64,000 bases of DNA from an uncultured Chloroflexota bacterium. Its GTDB lineage: Bacteria > Chloroflexota > Limnocylindria > Limnocylindrales > CSP1-4. The position numbers were made by a program, and so were the translations under genes. Under the pieces are notes generated by a model. It was not told where the DNA came from. It did not search any database and worked only from the letters and a program-made list of their open reading frames with translations. Shown piece after piece: positions 29,213 to 39,116 of this stretch. Where the stretch lies: NCBI GenBank assembly GCA_903822495.1, contig CAIJPD010000006.1, positions 25,790 to 89,789 on the forward strand, read 5' to 3'. Within the stretch, counting starts at the first letter, position 1, and every line of letters starts with the position of its first letter.

Positions 29213-30478
29213 CTACTTGACGACGCTCTCGGATTCCAGGCGGGCGATGTCGTCGGGGGAGCGGCCAAGCACCTCGCCCAGCACGTAGGCGTTGTCCTGG
29301 CCCATGAGGGGGCCCAGGCGCCAGGTGGGGAGCGGGTCGTGATCGAAGCGGAAGGCCAGGCCCGGCAGCTTCACCGGGCCCATGGCGGCGTGCTCCATCT
29401 CCAGCAGGAAGCCGCGCTCCGCGAGGTGGCGGTCCGTCATCAGGTCGCGGCCGGTCGCCACGACCCCTGCGGGGACGCCCACGGCCTGGCAGGCTTCGAA
29501 CACCTGGTGGGCCGAACGCTCGCGCGTCCAGGCGCCCACGATCCCATCGACCTCCGCCCGCGCCGCGACCCGCGCCGCCGCCGAAGCGAACCGCGCATCC
29601 GCCGCCGCGCCGCCGATGAGTCTGGCAAGGGCGGCCCACTCCGCATCGGTCGCAACGGAGATCACGCACCAGTCGTCGTTGCCGCCCGCGCACGGGTACG
29701 TGTCATGCGGAACCTGATCGGGCACCCGGTTGCCCTTCGGCCCCACCGGCGCCAGCTCGTTCGCAGCGGCGACCACCGCGGGCCCCATCGCGGTCTCGAC
29801 CACGTCCAGCTGGATCAGGTCGATCTCGCGCCCGGCCCCCTCCATGTCCCGGTCGACCAGCGCCGCGACGATCGCGTAGGCCGCGTACGAGCCCACCAGG
29901 TAGTCCGGGTACGAAGTCTGCGAGCCCACCGGCTCCTCGCGCTCGGGCTGGTTCCAGAGGTGGGTCATCCCCGAGATGGCCATCATGCTGGGGCCATACG
30001 TGACGTAGGCGGAGCGTGGCCCGGACGCGCCGAGGCCGGACATGTGGACCAGGATCAGGTCCTCGTGGCCCCGGGAGAGCACGTCCCAGCCCAGGCCCAG
30101 CCGGTCCAGGACGCCGGCGGCGAAGTTCTCGATGACCACGTCGGATTTCGCGGCCAGCTCCTTCGCCAGCGCGCGCCCTTCGTCGGTCTTGAGGTTGAGC
30201 GTCACGCTCCGCGCGTTCTTGTTGTGGTCGATGAACCGGAGCGACCGCTCGGGGTCGCGGTTCTTGTCCCAGCGCCAGAGGTCGATCCGGGTGGACGATT
30301 CCACCTTGATCACCTCCGCGCCCAGGGCCGCCAACTGGAGCGTGCAGTACGGCCCGGCGGCGACGTGGGTGAAGGCGAGGATCCGGATGCCGGCGAGGGG
30401 CAAGGTCCGGCCGGCCGGCCGCGATGCGGGCGTGGACCCGGGCCCAGCCGCCGCCGGGGGAGCGACTTCGCTAGACAA
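29213..30478 (-). CDS. family III CoA-transferase (CaiB/BaiF/alpha-methylacyl-CoA racemase-like)
   Basis: 421 aa. The ILAFTHVAAGPYCT...VIKVE N-terminal motif characteristic of CoA_transf_3. Confidence 0.8.
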   Translation of the reverse strand: MSSEVAPPAAAGPGSTPASRPAGRTLPLAGIRILAFTHVAAGPYCTLQLAALGAEVIKVESSTRIDLWRWDKNRDPERSLRFIDHNKNARSVTLNLKTDEGRALAKELAAKSDVVIENFAAGVLDRLGLGWDVLSRGHEDLILVHMSGLGASGPRSAYVTYGPSMMAISGMTHLWNQPEREEPVGSQTSYPDYLVGSYAAYAIVAALVDRDMEGAGREIDLIQLDVVETAMGPAVVAAANELAPVGPKGNRVPDQVPHDTYPCAGGNDDWCVISVATDAEWAALARLIGGAAADARFASAAARVAARAEVDGIVGAWTRERSAHQVFEACQAVGVPAGVVATGRDLMTDRHLAERGFLLEMEHAAMGPVKLPGLAFRFDHDPLPTWRLGPLMGQDNAYVLGEVLGRSPDDIARLESESVVK

Positions 30479-31700
30479 CGCCGTCCCTCCGCAGCTGCGC
30501 GATCTCCTGGGCGCCCAGCCCGCCGATCTCCGCCAGGACCGCGTCGGTGTCCTGCCCGCGCGCGGGCGCCGGGCGGCGCGACGGCAGGCTTCGACCCCGC
30601 TGGTAGGGCGGCCGAAGGGTCCGGTACCCGGCTTCGGCCGGGCCAGCGACCCCGCCGGCCGGCACCCGTTCCAACACGTTCATGTGGACCACCTGCGGGT
30701 CGGCCAGCGCCTCGGTGATGGAGAAGACCGCCGCGATCGGGAGGTGCGCCTCCTGGCCGCCGTCGAAGATTTCCTCGCGCGTCCGCGTGAGCAGGATCCG
30801 GGCCGTGGTCTCCGTGATGATCTCCGCCTTGCTCCGCCTCGCCAGCAGGGTATCGAAGCCATCGCCCTGGAGCTCCGGCGGGTGGCCCAGCCAGGCCACG
30901 AAGCGCGCCCAGACCTGCTCGTCGTGCTGGATCAGGAGATGGACGTAGCCGTCCTTGCAGCGGAACACGCGCCCAGGGTTGCCGTTGCGGTGCTGGCTGC
31001 CCTCGCGCCGGGTGAAGTCCGAACCGCCCTTGAAGTTGGTGATCGTGTTCTCCTGGGCGGCCAGCGCCTCCACCAGGGAGACGTCGATCCACTCGCCCGG
31101 CGCGCCCCGAAGGCGCGTCGCCCTCCAGCAGGCCAGCGCCGCCATGGCCGCGTGGATGCCCCCCGCCACGAAGCCTTGCCGGCACGGCGCCACCACCGGC
31201 GGCAGCTCCGGCACGCCGGAGACGAACATCATCCCGCCCATGGCGAAGACCACCAGGTCGTCCGCCTTGTAGTGGCTGTACGGCCCCCACTGCCCGAACG
31301 GCGTGATGGACGCCAGCGTCAGGCCGGGGTTGGCGGTGGAGAGCACGTCCCAACCGGCGCCGATGGACGCCAGCCGGCCGGGCTCGCCGGATTCCAGCAC
31401 GATGTCGAAGCGGGGCGCCAGGCGGGCGAGGACCGCCCGGCCGGCGGCCGAAGCCGTGTCGAGCGTGATCGATCGCTTGTCGGTGTCAAGGTAGAGCCGG
31501 TTGGCGAGCGCCTCGCCGGCGGTCGGCGCCGCAACGCCCGCACCCGGCGCCTCCACCTTGACCACCTCGGCGCCGGCGTCGGCCAGGAAGCGACCGGCGA
31601 CCGCGGTGATGGGGCTGCTGATCTCCAGGACGCGGGGACGCGATGTGATGGCGGGGGGCTGGGCAGTCCCGGAGGCGCCCCCGCCGGCTTCGGCCGTCAT
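30471..31700 (-). CDS. family III CoA-transferase (CaiB/BaiF/racemase-like), second paralogue
   Basis: Start at MTAEAGG (ORF residue 85). Its ATG overlaps the ACAD stop (ATGA). CoA_transf_3 fold. Confidence 0.75.
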   Translation of the reverse strand: MTAEAGGGASGTAQPPAITSRPRVLEISSPITAVAGRFLADAGAEVVKVEAPGAGVAAPTAGEALANRLYLDTDKRSITLDTASAAGRAVLARLAPRFDIVLESGEPGRLASIGAGWDVLSTANPGLTLASITPFGQWGPYSHYKADDLVVFAMGGMMFVSGVPELPPVVAPCRQGFVAGGIHAAMAALACWRATRLRGAPGEWIDVSLVEALAAQENTITNFKGGSDFTRREGSQHRNGNPGRVFRCKDGYVHLLIQHDEQVWARFVAWLGHPPELQGDGFDTLLARRSKAEIITETTARILLTRTREEIFDGGQEAHLPIAAVFSITEALADPQVVHMNVLERVPAGGVAGPAEAGYRTLRPPYQRGRSLPSRRPAPARGQDTDAVLAEIGGLGAQEIAQLRRDGVV

Positions 31701-32863
31701 CAGCTCCGCTTGGGCTTGCGCATCAGGTTGCGGGCCAGCCGCCAGCGGAGGACCTCCGTGGCGCCCTCGTTGATCCGGACGGCGCGCGCCTCGCGGTAGA
31801 AGTGCTCCAGGGGCAGCTCGCGGCTGACGCCCATCCCGCCGTGGATCTGGATGGCCCGGTCCGCGACCCGGGTGACCATCTCGGTGCCCTGGATCTTGAC
31901 CATGTACGACAGGTCGCGGATGTCCTCGCCCCGGTCCGAGCGCCAGGCGCACTCGTAGACCAGGTTGCGGACCATGCGGATCTCCATCGCCGAGTCCACG
32001 ATCATGAACTGGATGGCCTGGCGGTCCGACAGCGGCTGGCCGAAGGTGACCCGCTGCTGGCTGTACTCGATCATCATGTCCAGGCAGCGCTGCGCCGCGC
32101 CCACGGACCGGGCGCCATGCGCCTTGATCCGGGCCTCGGTCAGGAACTTCTGGCCCAGCTCAAAGCCCTGGCCCACCTCGCCGATGATGTTGGCGGCGGG
32201 GACCCGGACGTTGTCGAGGGCGATCTCCCAGAGGCACTCGCCGGTGATGTTGGGCCAGCTCTCCGTGACCGTCACGCCCTTGGCCTTCAGGTCCACGATG
32301 AAGCAGGTGATCCCGCCCTTGGAGCCCTTCTCGGGATCCGTCGCGGCCATCAGCTGCGCGTACTGCGACTCGCCGGCCGCGGTGATGAACCGCTTGTTGC
32401 CGTTGATGACGTAGTCGTCGCCGTCGCGGACCGCGCGCGTGCGCAGGTTCGCGGGGTCGCTCCCCGCGTCTGGCTCCGTCTGGGCGAAGCAGATCCGGAT
32501 CTCGCCGCGCAGGACCGGCCAGAGGAAGCGCTGCTTCTGCTCCTCGTTGCAGTGCAGGAGCACCGGGCGCAGGGCGGGGCCAAAGGTGGGGTACCAGTGC
32601 CAGTGGAAGAGGGACGTGCGTCCGACCTGCTCGTCGATGATGCACCGGCTCATCAGGTCCAGCCCGGCGCCGCCGTACTCCTCCGGCACGTCGAGCATCC
32701 AGAGGCCCATCTCCTTGGTCTTCGCCTGGATGCCCTTCATCACGTCCGGGGTGATCTCGCGGTTGGGCCCCAGCGCGTTCTCGAGGGGGATGAGCTCCTT
32801 GTCGACGAACGTCCGGACCATGTCCCGGAGCATCCCGTGTTCTTCCGACAGTTCAAAGTCCAT
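31700..32863 (-). CDS. acyl-CoA dehydrogenase
   Basis: Start at MDFELSEE. ACAD N/M/C domains, with the catalytic Glu region in ...RINEGATEV. Confidence 0.85.
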   Translation of the reverse strand: MDFELSEEHGMLRDMVRTFVDKELIPLENALGPNREITPDVMKGIQAKTKEMGLWMLDVPEEYGGAGLDLMSRCIIDEQVGRTSLFHWHWYPTFGPALRPVLLHCNEEQKQRFLWPVLRGEIRICFAQTEPDAGSDPANLRTRAVRDGDDYVINGNKRFITAAGESQYAQLMAATDPEKGSKGGITCFIVDLKAKGVTVTESWPNITGECLWEIALDNVRVPAANIIGEVGQGFELGQKFLTEARIKAHGARSVGAAQRCLDMMIEYSQQRVTFGQPLSDRQAIQFMIVDSAMEIRMVRNLVYECAWRSDRGEDIRDLSYMVKIQGTEMVTRVADRAIQIHGGMGVSRELPLEHFYREARAVRINEGATEVLRWRLARNLMRKPKRS

Positions 32864-33414
32864 CGCCGCACCTCGCGTGCCCGGGCTGACTCCCGGGTGT
32901 GATGGCGCCCGCGCGTCGCCCGTGAGGGCGATGGGGCTGATCATGATCTCCGGCCGATTGTAGCCATGGTCCGGGGCCGAATTCGGCCAGTCGGGCGGAT
33001 CAAAGGAGGCCTCGCCGCCCACCTTCGCCCCCGGTGCCGCCGCCCCAGGCTTCGCGCCGGGTGTCGCCCCACGACTTCGTCACCGACGTTGCCGGATTCC
33101 CGGGGGGATGGCGTTGGGCGAGACGTGCCCCAAGATCGGGCCCGTCCCGACGCCGGAGAGGCTCTCGACGTCACCGGGTGACCACGGCCTGGGCGCCCGG
33201 TGAGGAATGCCGCCGATTTCGGCCGGCGCCAGCCGTCCAGGCTGGTGGGCGGACGCCGTATGCCATCGGGGTGGGAATCCGGTGGAGGTCAGGGTCGGCC
33301 GGGGCCAGGAGTGCGGCCCGACTCGGATTGGCCCGGCCAACACCGCCGGCGCTCAGCCAGATGAAGTTGGCCCGCTCCGGCGGTCAGCCCGGGCCGCCGG
33401 TCGACCCGGGCCGC

Positions 33415-33440
33415 CGGTTGCTCAGCCCGGTTGCTCAGCC
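33415..33440. repeat. 13-bp perfect tandem duplication CGGTTGCTCAGCC x2 spanning the stop codon of the LLM gene; adjacent 14-bp repeat CCCGGGCCGCCGGT x2 (33388-33418)
   Basis: Read directly. One copy encodes the ...AEQP C-terminal residues and the other supplies the TGA stop. Confidence 0.5.
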
Positions 33441-34798
33441 TGTCCGGCGGGACCCGGGCGCGGGATGGGCCGGACGCCACGCTTGGGGACGCTGAGACCC
33501 AGGTGGCCACGCAGCGTCGCCTCCTCGTAGCGCTCGCGGAAGAGCCCGCGCCGCTGGAGCTCCGGGACCACGAGATCCACGAAGTCGTCCAGGGACGCCG
33601 GGAGCACCGGCGGCAGGATGTTGAAGCCGTCGGCGGCGCCGGTCGTGAACCATGCCTCCATCGCGTCCACGACCTGGGCCGGCGTGCCGCAGACTTCGAA
33701 GTGGCCGCGCCCGTCGGCGAACAGGATGGCCAGCCGGCCAAGGTTCAGGCCCTCGCGCTTCGCCAGGTCGCTGACCACCTGGGCGCGGTAGAGGTGGATC
33801 TTGTCGTGCCCTTGGGGCAGCTCCGGGAACGGGCCGTCGGGGTCCAGCTCGGTCAGGTCCAGCCCGACGTGCTTCGACAGCAGGCCCAGCCCGACCGCCG
33901 GGTGGATGAGGTCCTGCAGGAGCGCGCGCTTCTGGTGGGCCTCCTCTTCGGTGCGCCCCACCGTCACGAAGATGCCCGGCATGATCTTCAGCTCATCCGG
34001 TTCACGGCCCGCCGCCGGCATCCGGCGCTTGACGTCCGCGTAGAAGGCGCGGGCCTCCTCGATGGTGGGGGTGGCGCAGAAGACCACCTCGGCGGTCTCG
34101 GCCGCGAGCTGACGCCCGGCCTCGGACGCCCCGGCCTGCACCACGACGGGGCGGCCCTGCGGCGACCGCGCCACGTTGAGCGGACCCTCCACGCGGAAGT
34201 GTTCGCCCGCGTGCCCCAGCGCGTGCATCTTCGCGGGGTCGAAGAAGACGCCCGAAGCCTGGTCGCGCACGAACGCGTCGTCGTCCCAGCTGTCCCACAG
34301 GCCCACGACGACATCGACGAACTCGCGCGCCCGCCGGTAGCGGTCCGCCTTTGGCGGGTGGGCGTCCAGGCTGTAGTTCCTCGCGGCCGCGGGATTTGCC
34401 GTGGTCACCAGGTTCCAGCCGGCGCGTCCGCCGCTGACCAGGTCGAGCGACGCAAACCGCCGAGCGATGGAGTACGGCTCCTCGTACGTGGTGCTGGCCG
34501 TGCATACGAGGCCGATGTGGGTCGTGACGGCCGCCAGGGCCGCCAGCAGCGTGGCGGGCTCGATCCAGACCACATGCGACATCCGATGCATGCTGGACCG
34601 GCCCCCGACGGTCTCCGCCGACAGGCCATCGGCCGAGAAGAGCATGTCGAAGCAGCCGCGCTCCGCCGTGCGCGCCAGGTCCACGAAGTGCCCGAAGTTG
34701 ACGTTGGCGTCGGGCTGCGAGCCCGGGTGGCGCCAGGCGGCCACGGAGAACCCGGCGGGTCGGATGAACAGCCCGAGGCTCATCTGGCTGGCGGTCAT
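33422..34798 (-). CDS. LLM-class flavin-dependent monooxygenase, NtaA/SnaA/DszA/SsuD-related family
   Basis: 458 aa from MTASQ. Long LLM with the insertion region typical of NtaA/DszA enzymes. Confidence 0.8.
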   Translation of the reverse strand: MTASQMSLGLFIRPAGFSVAAWRHPGSQPDANVNFGHFVDLARTAERGCFDMLFSADGLSAETVGGRSSMHRMSHVVWIEPATLLAALAAVTTHIGLVCTASTTYEEPYSIARRFASLDLVSGGRAGWNLVTTANPAAARNYSLDAHPPKADRYRRAREFVDVVVGLWDSWDDDAFVRDQASGVFFDPAKMHALGHAGEHFRVEGPLNVARSPQGRPVVVQAGASEAGRQLAAETAEVVFCATPTIEEARAFYADVKRRMPAAGREPDELKIMPGIFVTVGRTEEEAHQKRALLQDLIHPAVGLGLLSKHVGLDLTELDPDGPFPELPQGHDKIHLYRAQVVSDLAKREGLNLGRLAILFADGRGHFEVCGTPAQVVDAMEAWFTTGAADGFNILPPVLPASLDDFVDLVVPELQRRGLFRERYEEATLRGHLGLSVPKRGVRPIPRPGPAGQAEQPG

Positions 34799-34889
34799 GA
34801 CTGCCACCGACGCTGGGTGCGACGACCGGCCCGGACGACCGCCATCGGCTCGCACGCGCCGCGATTGTAGGCGGCCGCGGGACCCCGGC

Positions 34890-36029
34890 TCAGCGTTGCC
34901 GGACGACCATCGTGCCCAGCTCCTCGATCGTGGCGGCGGCCTCGTCCACCATGTCGCGCAGGATCTGCGCCGCCGGCCGCCGCTCGGTGATCATCCCCGC
35001 CACCTGCCCGGCCAGGTTGGGCACCAGGTCCCAGCGTCCCGCCGCCCGCGCCGCCCGCAGGAGCGGCTCCTGGAGCAGCCGCTGGATGGGGAACGCCAGG
35101 GGCTCCAGTCCCGAGGCGGCCCACGCATCCTTGATCGGGCTGATCAGCCCGCGCTGCTGCTTCCCGGAGGCGTACCGACTGAGGGTGAAGGCCTCGGAGG
35201 GGCTGGCCAGGATCTGTGCCTGGTGGGCCGCCGGGATCCCTGTCTCCTCGGACGCCAGGAACGCGGTTCCCACCCAGACGCCCTGGGCCCCCAGCGCCAG
35301 CGCGGCCGCCATCTGCCGTCCCGTGGCAATCCCGCCGGCGGCCAGGACGGGGCGTGGTGCGACTGCCGCGACGACCTGGGGCACCAGGACAAACGTGGCC
35401 ACGTTGCCGGTGTGGCCGCCGGCCTCGGTGCCCTGGGCGGTGATGATGTCCACCCCGGCCTGCACCTGCCGCTGGGCGTGGCGGACCGCCCCGCACATCC
35501 CGATGAACTGCATCCCCTGGGCGTGCCCGGCGGCGGTGAACCACTCGGGCGGCTCGCCGGCAGCGGCCGCGAAGACGGGGACCCGGTGGTCGAGCACCAG
35601 TTCGATCTTGCGTCGGAGGACCGCCGTCGAGATTGGGGCGCGGTCCGCCGGCTCGGCCGGGGTCAGGCCCTGGGCCTCGATCAGCGCCGCCACGAACGCG
35701 GCGTGCCGGGGGTGGGCGGCGACGGCCTGCCGGTAGGCCTCGCGGTTGTCGCTGGTGCCAACCTCCTCGCGGCTCGCCGGGACCAGGAAGTCGACGCCGA
35801 ACGGGCGGGCACCCACCAGCGCCTTGACGGCGCGGATGGCCGCGTCCATCTCGTCGAGGTCGTGGAAGTTGTCGCCCAGGACGCCCAGCCCGCCGGCGTT
35901 CGAGACGGCGGCGACCAGCGCGACCGGCGAGGGCGGGATCTCCTCGGCGCCGTGGACGGCCATCCCCGCCTGGACGATCGGATGCTCGATGCCGAGACGG
36001 TCGCACAGCTCGGTGTGGAGGCGGACCAT
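34890..36029 (-). CDS. nitronate monooxygenase (NMO / 2-nitropropane dioxygenase family, FMN TIM barrel)
   Basis: 379 aa from MVRLHTE. The GTEAGGH motif. The 836-aa track ORF is a composite read-through and was trimmed. Confidence 0.8.
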   Translation of the reverse strand: MVRLHTELCDRLGIEHPIVQAGMAVHGAEEIPPSPVALVAAVSNAGGLGVLGDNFHDLDEMDAAIRAVKALVGARPFGVDFLVPASREEVGTSDNREAYRQAVAAHPRHAAFVAALIEAQGLTPAEPADRAPISTAVLRRKIELVLDHRVPVFAAAAGEPPEWFTAAGHAQGMQFIGMCGAVRHAQRQVQAGVDIITAQGTEAGGHTGNVATFVLVPQVVAAVAPRPVLAAGGIATGRQMAAALALGAQGVWVGTAFLASEETGIPAAHQAQILASPSEAFTLSRYASGKQQRGLISPIKDAWAASGLEPLAFPIQRLLQEPLLRAARAAGRWDLVPNLAGQVAGMITERRPAAQILRDMVDEAAATIEELGTMVVRQR

Positions 36030-36043
36030 GGCGGGGCTCCTTG

Positions 36044-36071
36044 GGAGATCGGTCGGCCGGAGATCGGTTGG
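36044..36071. promoter_or_regulatory. 13-bp direct repeat GGAGATCGGT(C/T)GG x2 in the divergent NMO / ABC-SBP promoter region; candidate operator
   Basis: Read directly at 36044-36056 and 36059-36071. Confidence 0.3.
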
Positions 36072-36251
36072 CGGAACCGCGCGGCCGGGGGGCCGGATGC
36101 CGCGCAACTGGGTCGGAGGGCCACTTGCGCCAACGCCAAAACGGGGTCGCGCCCTTGCGTGCGTGCTGTATCGTAGCCGGGCCGCGACCCTGTGAAGGGA
36201 GGCTGAGCGGCTGCTCGGCGAGTGTCGACATCGGCACATAGGGAGGTCTAC

Positions 36252-37334
36252 ATGCGCATCCGCTTCAATAGCAAGGCGGTCAGCCTGGTGCTGACGGCGG
36301 GGCTGGTCGTCACGGCCTGCTCGGCTGCCGCCACGCCGGTTCCGACGGCGGCCCCCAAGACGGCCGCCCCGAGCGCCGCCGCCAGCGTCGCCCCCACGGC
36401 CGTCCCGCTGGCCGGCAGCAAGAAGTTCACCGTCGCCTTCACGTCCCGGGGCATCTCCTCGGCGGCGATGATGGAGGCCATCGACGTCCTCAACAAGGCC
36501 GGCTACACGATCGACACCCCGGAGATCGCGCAGTCCAACCTGATCGTTGAAGGCATCGTCAACGGCCAGTTCCAGGTCACGTCCGGCACCACCCTGTCGT
36601 TCCTCGTCGCGGCCCAGAAGAACGGGCCCATCAAGACGATCGGGAACCGCCTCAACAACGAGTGGACCCTGACGGGCATCTCGGCCATCAAGAGGTGCGA
36701 CGACACCAACGGCAAGATCTGGGCGCATCACACGGCGTCCGCGGTCTCGACCGCCATGGCCGCCATCTGGATGAAGACCAACTGCGCCGCCACGACCAAG
36801 CCCCAGGAAGTCTTCATCCAGGGCTCTGACGTGCGCGCGGCCGCCCTCCGGAATGGCCAGATCGACATTGCTGAGCTCGAGCTCGGCGACGCCTACAACA
36901 CCACCACTGGCGCCAACGCCAGCAAGTTCAGCATCACCGCCAACTTCAGCAAGGACCTGCCCAACCTGAAGCCGTCGATGATCGCCGCGAACAGCAACTG
37001 GATGGCCCAGAACCCGGGCGACGTCCTCGCGCTGATGACCGAGATCACCAAGCAGAACCGGAAGATCAACGCGGATCCGACGGGCGCCTACCTCAAGTCT
37101 CTCGCCCAGAAGTGGGTCCCGAAGACCATCGACCCGGCGACCATCGACGTCGTCGCCAAGGCCTACACCGAGCAGAAGCTCTTCCCGAGCGACGGCGGCG
37201 CGGCCGAGGCCGACATCAACTACACCATCAAGTTCTTCACCGACGGTGGCTCGCTTGACAAGGGTCTGACCCTGCAGCAGGCAGCCGACCTGACGTGGCT
37301 GAACGTCGTCCTCAAGAACCTCGGGCCGGCGTAA
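36252..37334 (+). CDS. ABC transporter substrate-binding lipoprotein, NMT1/SsuA/TauA-like (sulfonate/nitrate/taurine family)
   Basis: ATG after GGGAGG. Lipobox LVVTAC. NMT1-like sequence. Confidence 0.75.
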   Translation: MRIRFNSKAVSLVLTAGLVVTACSAAATPVPTAAPKTAAPSAAASVAPTAVPLAGSKKFTVAFTSRGISSAAMMEAIDVLNKAGYTIDTPEIAQSNLIVEGIVNGQFQVTSGTTLSFLVAAQKNGPIKTIGNRLNNEWTLTGISAIKRCDDTNGKIWAHHTASAVSTAMAAIWMKTNCAATTKPQEVFIQGSDVRAAALRNGQIDIAELELGDAYNTTTGANASKFSITANFSKDLPNLKPSMIAANSNWMAQNPGDVLALMTEITKQNRKINADPTGAYLKSLAQKWVPKTIDPATIDVVAKAYTEQKLFPSDGGAAEADINYTIKFFTDGGSLDKGLTLQQAADLTWLNVVLKNLGPA

Positions 37335-37387
37335 GTCGCGCCTGATCCGCTGACCTGAAGACACAGGGATTCGAGGGGACCGAGCAC

Positions 37388-38227
37388 GTGGCTGAAACAA
37401 CGCTTCCTTCCCAGAAGGTGAGCCTCGTCCGGCGCGTGCTCGACTCCTCGGCCCTGTATCGCCTCATCGCCCTCGCCATCTTCGCCACCATCTGGCAGCT
37501 GGCGACGCTCAGTCACAAGAGCATGCTGATCCCCACCTTCACGGACACGATGGCGGCGATCCCCAAGCTCCTGATCCCCGGCTACAGCGGCGACGAGTCC
37601 GCCAAGCTGTGGGATGCCCTGTACCAGAGCAACGGCGCCCTGCTCATCGGGTTCGCCATCTCGGTGGCCCTGGGCGTCCCGTTCGGCCTGCTCATCGGCC
37701 GGTTCCGGACCATCGAGCGGTTTGCCAACCTGTACATCAGCATCCTGCTGGTGACGCCCATGGCCGCCGTGATCCCGCTGCTCGTCATGTCGCTCGGCGT
37801 GCGCGACGGCGCCATGCCCACGCGCGTCATCCTGATCGTGCTCTTCGCGATCGTGATGCTGATCGTCAACAGCCGGGCGGGCATCCGCCAGATCGACCCG
37901 TCGCTCATCGAGATGGCCCGCTGCTTCGGCGCCGGCGAACTCTCCATCTGGCGGCGCATCCTCCTCCCCGGATCGCTCCCGGCGATCATGACCGGCGTCC
38001 GGCTTGGCCTGGGACGCGCGATCACCGGCATGGTGATCATCGAGCTCCTGTTCATCGCGGTCGGCCTGGGCAACCTGATCCAGAAGTACGACGCGCAGCT
38101 CGACGGCGCCCGGCTGTATGCCCTCATCATCATCGTGGTCTTCGAGGCCCTCGTCCTCATCCAGGCAGTCCGCTGGCTTGAGCGCCGGGTGACCCCGTGG
38201 CGAAAGACCACCTCGTTCGGGCGCTGA
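37388..38227 (+). CDS. ABC transporter permease (SsuC/TauC-like)
   Basis: 6-TM BPD_transp_1 with the EAA-like loop (IEMARCFGAG...LPG). Confidence 0.8.
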   Translation: MAETTLPSQKVSLVRRVLDSSALYRLIALAIFATIWQLATLSHKSMLIPTFTDTMAAIPKLLIPGYSGDESAKLWDALYQSNGALLIGFAISVALGVPFGLLIGRFRTIERFANLYISILLVTPMAAVIPLLVMSLGVRDGAMPTRVILIVLFAIVMLIVNSRAGIRQIDPSLIEMARCFGAGELSIWRRILLPGSLPAIMTGVRLGLGRAITGMVIIELLFIAVGLGNLIQKYDAQLDGARLYALIIIVVFEALVLIQAVRWLERRVTPWRKTTSFGR

Positions 38228-38297
38228 CCCCGGCGTCCAGGTCCGCGCGGTCTCGCCCAACGCCAGCCCCCGACCCCGCTACAGGAGCACCACCGCA

Positions 38298-39116
38298 GTG
38301 ATCGAGATCAAGGGCGTCAGCAAGGCCTTCCCCGGTCGCAAGGGATCGGAGCCGGTCCAGGCGCTGAAGGACGTTGACCTCATCGTTCGCGACAACGAGT
38401 TCCTGACCGTCCTGGGCCCCAGCGGCTGCGGCAAGACCACCCTGCTCCGCGTGATCGCCGGCCTGGTCCCGCACGACACCGGCACGGTCCTCGTCGACGG
38501 CAAGCCCGTCACGGGTCCCGGCCCGGAACGCGCGATGGTGTTCCAGAGCTTCGCGCTGATGCCGTGGGACAACGTCCTGACCAACGTCGCGTTCGGCCTC
38601 GAGATGCAGGGCGTGGACAAGAAGACCCGCGAGCTCAAGGCGCTCGAGCTCATCGAGATGGTCGGTCTCGGCGGCTTCGAGAAGCGGCTCCCGGGCGAGC
38701 TGTCCGGCGGCATGCAGCAGCGTGTCGGCCTGGCCCGGGCGCTCGCCGTCTCCCCCAAGGTGCTCCTGATGGACGAGCCGTTCGGGGCCCTCGATGAGCA
38801 GACCCGCCGCCTCCTCCAGGAGGAGCTGCTGCGGATCTGGGAAGCCACCCGGACCACCGTGGTCTTCATCACGCACTCGATGGAAGAGGCCGTGCTGCTG
38901 GGTGACCGGGTGGTCCTCATGCGGCCCCGCCCCGGACGGATCGACCAGATCCTGGACATTCCCATGACGCGCCCCCGTTCCACCCACCTCGACTCGGTCG
39001 AGAGCTCCGGTGAGTTCACGGCCATGGTCGGCCTCCTCTGGAACAACCTGCGGGCCATGCACAGCGACGTGCGCCGTGCGCGCCAGGCCGGCCAGGCGGC
39101 CGCGACAAAGCCCTGA
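38298..39116 (+). CDS. ABC transporter ATP-binding protein (SsuB/TauB-like)
   Basis: Walker A GPSGCGKTT, signature LSGGMQQR, Walker B LLMDEP. Confidence 0.85.
   Translation: MIEIKGVSKAFPGRKGSEPVQALKDVDLIVRDNEFLTVLGPSGCGKTTLLRVIAGLVPHDTGTVLVDGKPVTGPGPERAMVFQSFALMPWDNVLTNVAFGLEMQGVDKKTRELKALELIEMVGLGGFEKRLPGELSGGMQQRVGLARALAVSPKVLLMDEPFGALDEQTRRLLQEELLRIWEATRTTVVFITHSMEEAVLLGDRVVLMRPRPGRIDQILDIPMTRPRSTHLDSVESSGEFTAMVGLLWNNLRAMHSDVRRARQAGQAAATKP

Noticed and set aside
34890-37400. 836-aa − strand ORF in the track
   Set aside because: Only the C-terminal 379 aa (34890-36029) carry NMO homology and a plausible start. The N-terminal 450 codons run antisense through the SBP gene and intergenic DNA, a high-GC open-frame artefact.
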